Program-made: the position numbers and the translations under genes
Virus record (IMG/VR): IMGVR_UViG_3300037313_000691
Span: 1 to 39,497 of that record
From: a virus
Lineage: Duplodnaviria; Caudoviricetes
DNA: 39,497 bases
Direction: 5' to 3' (one strand)
Notes under the pieces: generated by a model
Database searches by the model: none
Told to the model about the DNA's origin: nothing
What the model saw: the letters and a program-made list of their open reading frames with translations, nothing else
Shown: positions 1 through 7,030 of the stretch, in pieces
Layout of the letters: the number at the start of each line of letters is the position of its first letter
Position numbering within the stretch: position 1 is the first letter of the stretch

Positions 1-1
1 A

Positions 2-112
2 GCACTCGGAAACGTGGTCGAGTCTTGCAGCTCGCAATATCAGCGAGTGGCGGAAGAAGCTGACCGAGCTACTTCCGAAGCAATGACCCTGCGCCGTAGC
101 TGGCCTAAATAG
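2..112 (+). CDS. 3' end of probable Rz-like spanin (DUF2514-like), partial
   Basis: Frame 2 reads ALGNVVESCSSQYQRVAEEADRATSEAMTLRRSWPK*. The Cys, helical segment and terminal WP resemble betaproteobacterial phage Rz-like proteins; position fits the end of the late operon. Confidence 0.55.
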   Translation, partial: ALGNVVESCSSQYQRVAEEADRATSEAMTLRRSWPK

Positions 113-142
113 CTTTTCCACTTCCCCTATAGGAGGGGTCAC

Positions 143-439
143 ATGCGTAGTCTGATCATCGCCGCATTACTCGCGGCAGGCTCGGCTCATGCCGATTTGG
201 TTTCAAAAGGCGATAACGCAAAGCTCGTCCTGTTTGAGAACAAACCCTGCGACCTCCCGGAGCTGATGGTGGGCGTTCCACCTGAAATGATCGATCAGGT
301 TCATTCCGGATATGTGGAATCGGATGGAAGGGTGATCCGGCTTTGCTGGACGCGCAATGGGGACATCGGCCTGATTCGCGACGAGAACGGGGACGGTGGG
401 ATGGTGAATCTGGCTGCGTTCAAGCCGGACGGCGCATGA
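143..439 (+). CDS. Small exported hypothetical protein
   Basis: SD GGAGG at about 131; signal peptide MRSLIIAALLAAGSAHA; two Cys. Confidence 0.8.
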   Translation: MRSLIIAALLAAGSAHADLVSKGDNAKLVLFENKPCDLPELMVGVPPEMIDQVHSGYVESDGRVIRLCWTRNGDIGLIRDENGDGGMVNLAAFKPDGA

Positions 440-525
440 CTCCCAATTTCAGGCTTCTGGTGTACGCGCTAGCGCTCACCGGGTTTGTGTACGGGTTCTG
501 TTTTTTGCTTGGGGTGCTTGCGTGA
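436..525 (+). CDS. 29-aa single-TM peptide
   Basis: ATGA and GTGA overlaps with both neighbours; MTPNFRLLVYALALTGFVYGFCFLLGVLA is hydrophobic. Confidence 0.6.
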   Translation: MTPNFRLLVYALALTGFVYGFCFLLGVLA

Positions 526-932
526 CGACGATTGTTGCGACAACGGAAATGATGGCCGCTGACCGTCGCGTGACGGGCTCCCCGATGTTCGGCATCACGA
601 AGATTCAAAGAATCAGGGGCTCGCTCTATGGTGGGGCGGGGAACGTAGAACAAATCCTCAAGATGTTCGAGTGGTTCAAGAACCCCGACATGAAGCCTGA
701 TTGGAAGTTCGGCGTTGAGTTTGAAATCCTCCAACTCAACGCCGAAGGTCTTTTCCTATGGGGTGGAGAAATGATCGCTATGCCGCTGGATCTTCCCCAC
801 TATGCGATTGGAAGTGGAGGGCAACTGGCCCTAGGCGCTCTCGAATGCGGCGCTCCCCCTGCCGAAGCAATCCGGATCGCGCACAAGTTCGATCCCTATA
901 CCGGCAGAGAACTCGTCGTTCACAAGCTCTGA
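522..932 (+). CDS. HslV/proteasome-beta-like Ntn threonine protease
   Basis: N-terminal MTTIVA...AADRRVT, then GGAG, YAIGSGGQLALGAL and DPYTG motifs typical of the HslV/proteasome beta fold. Confidence 0.8.
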   Translation: MTTIVATTEMMAADRRVTGSPMFGITKIQRIRGSLYGGAGNVEQILKMFEWFKNPDMKPDWKFGVEFEILQLNAEGLFLWGGEMIAMPLDLPHYAIGSGGQLALGALECGAPPAEAIRIAHKFDPYTGRELVVHKL

Positions 933-933
933 C

Positions 934-1971
934 ATGACAGCCCCCGCTCGCGTAGACGAAGCCCTATTTCAATACGCGACTGAGAATCAAGCCATCGTCC
1001 TGCGTGCAATCCAGGAACATGGCGGGGCCCGACCAGCATCGGAGGTTCTGGGCTTCAGCCATTCCTATGTGGCCCGGGTCATCAGGGCCGTCGAGAAGAA
1101 GGCGGGGAGACTTCCAGAACCGAAAGAACCGGCCCGCGCTCCCGATGAGGGCAAGCGAATCATGGTCATCCCCGATGTGCAGGCCAAGCCCGGGGTTGAC
1201 TTTTCCTACCTCGCGCGCATCGGGCAGTACGCCGTCGAGAAGAAGCCGGATCGCATCGTCTTTCTGGGAGACTTTGCTGACATGAGTTCCTTGTCCTCCT
1301 ACGACAAGGGCAAGAAGTCATTCGAGGGGCGCAGGTACAAGCGCGATTGCGAAGCCGCACATTGGGCCATGAGCGCATTTCAGACACCTCGCATCGAATA
1401 CAACGCGCGCAACCCGCTCCATCAGTACAACCCAGAACAAGATCTTGTTTACGGCAATCACGAAGACCGCACGGACCGCGCCGTCAACGAAGACCCGAAG
1501 CTAGACGGGGTTCTGTCCCTCGCGGACCTCAAGTACGAAGACTTCGGCATCAAGTGCCATCCATTTTTGGAGGTGGTGATGATCGAGGGAATAGCGTTCT
1601 CTCACTACTTCACCTCGGGCACGATGGGACGACCCGTCACCACGGCTCAAGCCTGCCTCACCAAGAAGCACCAGAGCTGCATCCAAGGGCACCAGCAGGG
1701 CCTACAGATTGCCACTGGATACAGGGCTGATGGGGCGCTCCTAACCTCTGTGATCGCCGGCAGTTGCTATGAGCATAACGAGGACTACCTGGGGCCACAG
1801 GGAAACAACCACTGGAGAGGCTTTCTGATGCTCCATGACGTTGTGGACGGTGTTTTCGACCTGATGCCCGTCTCCCTCAAATTCATCAACCGCAGGTATC
1901 CACACATCACGGCCCCGACACCGAACTACTCGATGCCCACGGAGGCCGACATTCAGGCCGGGAGGATGTGA
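934..1971 (+). CDS. Calcineurin-like metallophosphoesterase with N-terminal HTH-like region
   Basis: Motifs IPDVQ, LGDFAD, GNHEDR, FSHY, QGHQQ. Confidence 0.85.
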   Translation: MTAPARVDEALFQYATENQAIVLRAIQEHGGARPASEVLGFSHSYVARVIRAVEKKAGRLPEPKEPARAPDEGKRIMVIPDVQAKPGVDFSYLARIGQYAVEKKPDRIVFLGDFADMSSLSSYDKGKKSFEGRRYKRDCEAAHWAMSAFQTPRIEYNARNPLHQYNPEQDLVYGNHEDRTDRAVNEDPKLDGVLSLADLKYEDFGIKCHPFLEVVMIEGIAFSHYFTSGTMGRPVTTAQACLTKKHQSCIQGHQQGLQIATGYRADGALLTSVIAGSCYEHNEDYLGPQGNNHWRGFLMLHDVVDGVFDLMPVSLKFINRRYPHITAPTPNYSMPTEADIQAGRM

Positions 1972-2135
1972 TGAAGCCCCACATCATCTACACGCGCGGC
2001 TGGTGGCGCTGCGGGCTCATGTGTGAGGACGTGCAGCTCGAGTGGACGTGGGGAGAGTCGCCGTCCCTTGCTTTGGCGAGGTGGGAATTCAGCCGGCAGA
2101 CCAGGGAGCGGTGCTTTGACGCCCGAACGCTGTGA
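1971..2135 (+). CDS. Small Trp-rich hypothetical protein (54 aa)
   Basis: TGATG coupling to the upstream gene, SD GGAGG; MKPHIIYTRGWWRCG... Confidence 0.55.
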   Translation: MKPHIIYTRGWWRCGLMCEDVQLEWTWGESPSLALARWEFSRQTRERCFDARTL

Positions 2136-2145
2136 GAAATTCTTG

Positions 2146-2298
2146 ATGCGCACGGAGTTCATCCTTGAGCTGCTGGAGCGCGAAGACGTACCGCAAGACT
2201 TGCGGGAGCGGGCATTGGTACTACTGAACCTCAATGAGAAGGCGACGTACTACGCACCGCCAGTCGTTCGCGTGGAGCAGGTACTAGAGCCCGAATGA
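2146..2298 (+). CDS. Small hypothetical protein
   Basis: MRTEFILELLEREDVPQDLRERALVLL..., helical and collinear with the operon. Confidence 0.5.
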   Translation: MRTEFILELLEREDVPQDLRERALVLLNLNEKATYYAPPVVRVEQVLEPE

Positions 2299-2317
2299 AA
2301 TAATTGTCGTCAACCGC

Positions 2318-2346
2318 TTAACAGTCCCGCGCGTTGCCTATACAAT
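2318..2346 (+). promoter_or_regulatory. Sigma70-type promoter for leader ORF/tRNA array
   Basis: TTAACA (2318-2323), 17-nt spacer, TACAAT (2341-2346); AT-rich upstream segment. Confidence 0.75.
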
Positions 2347-2352
2347 AGCGCC

Positions 2353-2460
2353 ATGAATCCGCAGCACCAGCCCCATCAAGCAATCGAGCATCGCGTCTCG
2401 GTTGTGGCTCGCGTGCGCGACACAAACACCCGATCATCACGAGCACGAACGCGCAGTTAA
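2353..2460 (+). CDS. Putative leader peptide (35 aa) preceding tRNA array
   Basis: ATG follows the -10 box by 6 nt (leaderless); MNPQHQPHQAIEHRVSVVARVRDTNTRSSRARTRS*; stop codon lies in the loop of hairpin 2448-2471. Confidence 0.5.
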   Translation: MNPQHQPHQAIEHRVSVVARVRDTNTRSSRARTRS

Positions 2461-2473
2461 TTCTGCGCGTTGT

Positions 2474-2550
2474 TCCGGGTTAGCTCAGTTGGTAGAGCGC
2501 CTCCCCTGTAAGGAGGATGTCGCGGGTTCGAATCCATGCACCTGGAACCA
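2474..2550 (+). tRNA. tRNA-Thr(TGT), non-canonical (C33, bulged T stem)
   Basis: Acceptor TCCGGGT/ACCTGGA, D arm GCTC-AGTTGGTA-GAGC, anticodon stem CCTCC/GGAGG with loop CCTGTAA, TTCGAAT, encoded CCA. Confidence 0.85.
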
Positions 2551-2557
2551 CTGAATT

Positions 2558-2629
2558 GGGCTGCGCGCTGGAGCGCAGGAAGCCCCCGCAAGGCATCCTT
2601 GCTCGGTTCGATACCGAGGCGGTCCACCA
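2558..2629 (+). tRNA. tRNA-Ala(CGC)-like, non-canonical (C33, short D region)
   Basis: Acceptor GGGCTGC/GCGGTCC with G3:U70 and A73 (AlaRS identity), loop CCCGCAA, T arm CTCGG-TTCGATA-CCGAG, CCA. Confidence 0.7.
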
Positions 2630-2632
2630 AGT

Positions 2633-2691
2633 TTCCGGTGCTGTGGGGGTTGCTGCCCGCAGCTTAATTGAGAGTTACGCCGAAGCCGGAA
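2633..2691 (+). ncRNA. Unassigned structured RNA within the tRNA array
   Basis: Closing stem TTCCGG/CCGGAA encloses hairpin GCTGTGGG/CCCGCAGC and a single-stranded segment; no T loop or CCA. Confidence 0.4.
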
Positions 2692-2694
2692 TTC

Positions 2695-2780
2695 GGGCGG
2701 TGCCGAGCAGGGCTCAAAGCTGTTTCGAAAGCAGTGGCACTCAGGGATGGGTGATGGTTCGATTCCTTCACCGCCCGCCA
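2695..2780 (+). tRNA. tRNA-Ser(CGA)
   Basis: Acceptor GGGCGGT/ACCGCCC, G73, loop TTCGAAA, long variable arm ACTCA-GGGA-TGGGT, very small D loop, CCA. Confidence 0.8.
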
Positions 2781-2782
2781 AT

Positions 2783-2872
2783 GGAAGGTTGCCGGAGTGG
2801 CAACGGGTCCGCTTGCTAAGCGGCAGCCGGTCAGCGATGGCCGCGAAGGTTCGATCCCTTCACTTTCCGCCA
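2783..2872 (+). tRNA. tRNA-Ser(GCT)
   Basis: Acceptor GGAAGGT/ACTTTCC, G73, loop TTGCTAA, long variable arm, GAAGG-TTCGATC-CCTTC, CCA. Confidence 0.9.
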
Positions 2873-2908
2873 CCGAATTCGGTTGCCCATGTGGGCAGCA
2901 TAGCGCGC

Positions 2909-3241
2909 TCAGCCTTTGCGGATGGCAGCGGCGAGTTCTTCGGCGGCGTCGATTTGCCCAAGCATCTGATCCTCGAAAGCGATGTCGCTCGTCCACTTGT
3001 CGCGTGGGCCGATCTCGCGCGCCAGCTCATCGGCAATCTTCGCGCATCGCTCCCTCTCAGCCCCGCGCCCAGCCTCATAGCACCTCATGCCGTATTCGCG
3101 CATCTGCTCGGCGGTGTAGGCCCGGTAGGGTATTTGCGATGCTCCAGCCAGCGGATTCGGATTCAACGCCATTTCGATCACGTTCGCGTTGATGGGTTCC
3201 GGCAATTCCGGCAGCTCTCGGGGTGATGTGCGGAAGGTCAT
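2909..3241 (-). CDS. Phage hypothetical protein
   Basis: Common phage motifs LPELPEP, YTAEQMREYG, ERERCAKIAD, AAAIR; ATGA coupling. Confidence 0.75.
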   Translation of the reverse strand: MTFRTSPRELPELPEPINANVIEMALNPNPLAGASQIPYRAYTAEQMREYGMRCYEAGRGAERERCAKIADELAREIGPRDKWTSDIAFEDQMLGQIDAAEELAAAIRKG

Positions 3242-3459
3242 TGGGAGTCCTTTCGTTGACGCTCGATCGCCAGCCTGAGGTCGGACTCCGCATTCCACAA
3301 GTCCGCTTGCGCTTGGCTGTAATCCATCGACAACCGCATCCGGTCGGCCTCATCCCTGCCGTTGACGTTCATCATCCCCAGCGATTCAACGCGCACCCGC
3401 CTTTGTGCGACGATTTTCGATAGCGCGTCGATTTCCAGATTGCGGACCGTTTCGCTCAT
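3238..3459 (-). CDS. Hypothetical protein
   Basis: SD GAAGGAG upstream; coupled to the next gene. Confidence 0.7.
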   Translation of the reverse strand: MSETVRNLEIDALSKIVAQRRVRVESLGMMNVNGRDEADRMRLSMDYSQAQADLWNAESDLRLAIERQRKDSQ

Positions 3460-3498
3460 GCTCTCTTCTCCTTCAATGACCTACCTAGAGGCAGGCAA

Positions 3499-3936
3499 TC
3501 ACTTTCCTTGTTTCACGATCCGGCGCGGCCCCATTTTCGCCGCAGCTTCCAATCGGCGGGTGTCCTCTCGCGTCCACGCACGCGGGGCGGGCTTGAGGCC
3601 CGGATGCAGGAAGAAGTCGGGATACACCACAGTCTGCCCGCTGCTGGTGGTGTAGTTCGGTTTCCGGTCTTCAACTCGATGGGCGATGGCCTGCGGGATT
3701 GACTGCACGATTTCCAACTTCGGCTTGGGAATCTGGATGATCAGCCCGCGCTGCTGTGAGGACTCCTCGCGCACCATGCGCTCCAGGTCCGCGATCAACC
3801 GTGTCGCCCCGTCCATCGCGTTGTAGGCGCGTGTCATCCAGTCCACGGCGGCGGCTTGAGTGTCGCACTTGCGCAGGCCGCGCATCAGCGTGTCCATTTC
3901 GGACAGGATGGCGCGCTTTCGTTCCTCGTGGCTCAT
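3499..3936 (-). CDS. Hypothetical protein
   Basis: ATGA overlap with the upstream gene; start MSHEERK. Confidence 0.6.
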   Translation of the reverse strand: MSHEERKRAILSEMDTLMRGLRKCDTQAAAVDWMTRAYNAMDGATRLIADLERMVREESSQQRGLIIQIPKPKLEIVQSIPQAIAHRVEDRKPNYTTSSGQTVVYPDFFLHPGLKPAPRAWTREDTRRLEAAAKMGPRRIVKQGK

Positions 3937-4400
3937 GGCGCGAGGCGCACTACTTTTTCGTCCTGCGGGGCTGGGAGCAGGTTGTCGGCCTGCACCTTGT
4001 CGATCACGCGGCGGCCATCGGCCAGGAGCATATGCGGCATGAACGCGGCTTCGAAACTGAGCACGCCGCACTCCACGGCGGTGATCTGGCCTTTCACCCA
4101 ATCTCGCAGGACGGAGCACACGGCAACCTTGCCGATTTCGAGTGCCTTGCGGTCGTAGGCTGCGCGATCATTGCCGCGCACTTTGGCCCAAGGATGAGCC
4201 CTTTGCCATGCTGCTGCATAGCCTTTCCAGTTCGCCTCTAGGCTCACGGTTCGGTCGCGCCACTTGAACTGCACCATCGTGCAGCCCTTCTCGTTGTCCA
4301 CCATCGTGCCGAAACTCTGGCAGCCGAACTTGGCGAGCGTTCGCTGTAGCTCGGTTAGCGCCTTATCTCCGCTGGTAGCGGTTTCATACGGCAGGCCCAT
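3933..4400 (-). CDS. Phage hypothetical protein
   Basis: SD AAAGGA before MGLPYETATSGDKA...; motif LRDWVKGQITAVECGVLSFEAAFMPH recalled from phage hypotheticals. Confidence 0.8.
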   Translation of the reverse strand: MGLPYETATSGDKALTELQRTLAKFGCQSFGTMVDNEKGCTMVQFKWRDRTVSLEANWKGYAAAWQRAHPWAKVRGNDRAAYDRKALEIGKVAVCSVLRDWVKGQITAVECGVLSFEAAFMPHMLLADGRRVIDKVQADNLLPAPQDEKVVRLAP

Positions 4401-4543
4401 CGCAGTTCCTTTCAATGACCGGCCATCGCCGGGTGGGAAAATCTTGACCAACTCGGTGCGGATGAGGCGCCTGGTGCACTGGACGCACGACCAGCGGCCC
4501 CAGCATCCATGCGGTTTCGCGACGAGCGCGCCGATTGCGCTTA

Positions 4544-4590
4544 GGATTGCAAATCCGTTCAGCTCGGTTCGACTCCGGGACGCGCCTCCA
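4544..4590 (+). other. attP: attP core: 3' half of tRNA-Cys(GCA)
   Basis: GGATTGCAAATCC-GTTCAG-CTCGGTTCGACTCCGGG-ACGCGCCTCCA is the anticodon arm to CCA of a proteobacterial tRNA-Cys (U73). The 5' half is absent, and it lies 60 bp from the integrase stop. Confidence 0.9.
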
Positions 4591-4649
4591 ATCACTACGC
4601 GGATTTGCTGCTATCGAAGCAGTAGCAACACGCAAACCGTGTGGGGAAA

Positions 4650-5618
4650 TCATGCCCTACGTCCGATTTTAAGGATGGCGTCGTTCAATCGATCGGTCGC
4701 CAAATGCGCGTAGCGTTTCGTGCTCGCCGCGCTCCTATGCCCCAGCACCGCGCCCACCGTGTAGAGGTCCACGCCCGAGTTAATCAACTCGCTGGCCGTG
4801 CTGTGCCTCAGGTCGTGGAAGTGCAGCCACGACATTCCCACAGCCTTGCGGGCCTTCACGAAATGGTAGTTCGTGACGAACCGCGAGCGCATCTCGAACT
4901 GCGCGCAACACCTGATCCTCGGATGGATCGGGATGATTCGCGGGTCGCCGTTCTTCGTGTCTCGAAGGACAAATTGCCCGTCGATCACCTCGGCGCGGTA
5001 AATCTCCCCAAGCCTCATCCCCGAATAGAACGCGATGCGGATCGCCGCCCGTGTAGCCTTGTCCTGGCACGCCTTGGCAAGCCGCAGCATCTCTGCGCGC
5101 CCGATGTAATGTTGCCGCTGGTTCTTCACTTGTGGGACTGCGATGCGCGCTCCGGGGTCGGCTTCGCCCATCGCGTGGTGCTTCCACGCATACCGACACG
5201 CGGCGCGAAGGTACGAGATGCGATTCTTGATCGTGGCGGGTGACAGGGGTTTGTCGCCGTGCTCCCGTGCAGATCGCAGGCTGATGGCCTTGCACACATC
5301 GGCCAGTGCCGACATGGGCCGTCCTTGGTAGGCCCAGAACGTCACGGCCAGCTCCTTCGCCACGTTGCGGCCGTGCTTGAGGCCTGGGGCGCGTTCACGC
5401 AGGTACACCGCTACTGCGTCTTCGATTGAGTAATCGGAATCACCGATGCCTCGCGCTGTGGCGTAGATGCGGCCCGTGTGTTCGCGGTCGAAGGCGTCCG
5501 CTTGGGCACGATTCCAAGCGCGCGGAAGGAGCTTTGTAGTGCGGACTCGTTGGCCGCCGATACGCGCGTCGAACTCAAAGCGGAAGCGACCGCGCGCCTT
5601 GTCTCGGTAAATCGACAT
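4650..5618 (-). CDS. int: Tyrosine recombinase (phage integrase)
   Basis: SGMRLGE, TKNG, FHDLRH, LGH, TKRYAH catalytic motifs. Confidence 0.95.
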   Translation of the reverse strand: MSIYRDKARGRFRFEFDARIGGQRVRTTKLLPRAWNRAQADAFDREHTGRIYATARGIGDSDYSIEDAVAVYLRERAPGLKHGRNVAKELAVTFWAYQGRPMSALADVCKAISLRSAREHGDKPLSPATIKNRISYLRAACRYAWKHHAMGEADPGARIAVPQVKNQRQHYIGRAEMLRLAKACQDKATRAAIRIAFYSGMRLGEIYRAEVIDGQFVLRDTKNGDPRIIPIHPRIRCCAQFEMRSRFVTNYHFVKARKAVGMSWLHFHDLRHSTASELINSGVDLYTVGAVLGHRSAASTKRYAHLATDRLNDAILKIGRRA

Positions 5619-5773
5619 TTCGCCTTGAACTCCTCGATGTCGGCCTGATCGAACACCACGCGCCGGCCAATTCGCGTGCAGGGGATTGGACCATTGGGGG
5701 CGGCCAGATCATATGCCTGGCGGGCAGAGACACCCAAAACCGCTGCTGCTTGCCTGGCGTTCATCGCGCTCAT
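5411..5773 (-). CDS. xis: Excisionase (MerR/AlpA-like HTH)
   Basis: MNARQAAAVLGVSARQAYDL...IPCTRIGRRVVF; overlaps the integrase 5' end by 208 nt. Confidence 0.85.
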   Translation of the reverse strand: MSAMNARQAAAVLGVSARQAYDLAAPNGPIPCTRIGRRVVFDQADIEEFKAKCRFTETRRAVASALSSTRVSAANESALQSSFRALGIVPKRTPSTANTRAASTPQREASVIPITQSKTQ

Positions 5774-6057
5774 TCCTTCCTATCCCTGATTGAAGCGGCG
5801 CACGCGGCAGCCCCGCCTGTGTTGGCGGCTCCGTTGTCAATTTCTTGTTGACGCTCAACGTCATCGCAAATCTTCGCGCAAGCCTCGCGCTCTTCTGCCC
5901 GCACTTTGTCGGCAAAGGTGGAGAGGCCGTCCATCGAAAACGTCACCGTGCCGCGCGAGATTCCGCCGTCAGGAAGCGTGAACTCATGGATTTGGATAAC
6001 GGCCCCACTCTCCCTAGCGAGTTCTACGAGGGAGTTCTGCACTTCGTTACTCATCAT
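5770..6057 (-). CDS. Phage hypothetical protein
   Basis: ELARESGA...FADKVRAEEREACAKICD motif common in phage early genes. Confidence 0.8.
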   Translation of the reverse strand: MMSNEVQNSLVELARESGAVIQIHEFTLPDGGISRGTVTFSMDGLSTFADKVRAEEREACAKICDDVERQQEIDNGAANTGGAAACAASIRDRKE

Positions 6058-6346
6058 CAGTACCTTCCGGCGAGATCGTGTCGCCGTGAAGCACCGTCAC
6101 GCCAGGGGCGTCTTTCTCATCGATTTGCGTTTCGGCCTCGTGCTTGAGCGTGATGCGTGTTTCGACGCCGTGTCGTCCTTCGCCCCACACCATGCGCATC
6201 TGCTTCCAGCTCCAGAAGTCGGAGCCGGTGTGAATCGCCGACGATGAATCGCGGAACGTCACATCGAGCGAGCCGATCTTGTGTTCGCGTGCGAGCGCGA
6301 CGAGAGCGCGGGCAAATTCCACATGCGCGGGCTTGATGTCGCTCAT
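6047..6346 (-). CDS. Hypothetical protein (cassette-like gene)
   Basis: SD GGAGG; C-terminus reads through junction motif J6. Confidence 0.75.
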   Translation of the reverse strand: MSDIKPAHVEFARALVALAREHKIGSLDVTFRDSSSAIHTGSDFWSWKQMRMVWGEGRHGVETRITLKHEAETQIDEKDAPGVTVLHGDTISPEGTDDE

Positions 6347-6403
6347 CGCTTTTCGCCTCCGTTACCTTGCGGCTGTGCCGCGTCAACCGCTGCGCCCACG
6401 CCA

Positions 6404-6694
6404 TCAGTGCCCCTTGCGTTCATGGATGCCTCCGGGGTTCGATACGTCGTTGAAGTCGCCGCTCGCCACCATGTCGAGCGTCTGTTGCGCCCAAGCGAGC
6501 GCCTGCTCTTTGCCCACGTCAGCGATCATTGAACCGACGCACGCACCGATGAAGCCCGCGTAGAGCTGGCCCATGTGCTGCGCAGTCGGATTTGCCTTGC
6601 GCGTGGCTTCGCGCACGATCGGCATGCACAGCCGCATAAAAACGTCAGCGCCGATCTGCACAGGCGGGCCGACGAATCGCTCCTGCTTAGCCAT
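6404..6694 (-). CDS. Hypothetical protein (cassette-like gene)
   Basis: SD GAGG before MAKQERFVG. Confidence 0.7.
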   Translation of the reverse strand: MAKQERFVGPPVQIGADVFMRLCMPIVREATRKANPTAQHMGQLYAGFIGACVGSMIADVGKEQALAWAQQTLDMVASGDFNDVSNPGGIHERKGH

Positions 6695-6745
6695 GGGTGT
6701 TACCTCGTTCGGAAGCCGAGGGCGCGCCATCATTACCTTGCTGAG

Positions 6746-7030
6746 TCATCGTGTCTTGATCCCATGGTTGAGCCGGTCGCCAGCGAACGTCGTGCAGCAG
6801 GCCGGATATTGCAGGCCGGTCCACACGCTGTTCTCGTATGGCTCGTGGATAGCGTTGCACTCCGGGCACATCCAGGCACGCCCGAAGTGCAACGACTTCG
6901 CCGCGATTGGCTTGTAGGTGTTCCGGTAGCAGTAGCGGTCGTTGAACGCCCTGGCGATGGCTGATCGGTTCGCGGCGTCCTTACGCTCCGCGCGGCGCTT
7001 CTTCAGAAACTCGATGAGGTCACTGAGCAT
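6746..7030 (-). CDS. Small Cys-rich (CPEC...CC) protein, possible Zn finger
   Basis: SD AAGGAGG; WMCPECNAIH...YPACC. Confidence 0.75.
   Translation of the reverse strand: MLSDLIEFLKKRRAERKDAANRSAIARAFNDRYCYRNTYKPIAAKSLHFGRAWMCPECNAIHEPYENSVWTGLQYPACCTTFAGDRLNHGIKTR

Noticed and set aside
2474-2629. Calling the first two tRNAs Tyr(GTA) and Cys(GCA)
   Set aside because: This needs off-centre anticodons; there is no long variable arm for Tyr, and G3:U70/A73 indicates Ala rather than Cys (U73).
2630-2694. Theta/HDV-like ribozyme after tRNA (CGAA before closing stem)
   Set aside because: I could not build P1, P3/L3 and P1.1 in the required order.
2485-3226. ORFs overlapping the tRNA array
   Set aside because: They are shadow translations of tRNA sequence (e.g. 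GIEPS) with no independent support.
4544-4590. Functional tRNA-Cys gene
   Set aside because: The 5' acceptor strand and D arm are missing; better explained as attP.
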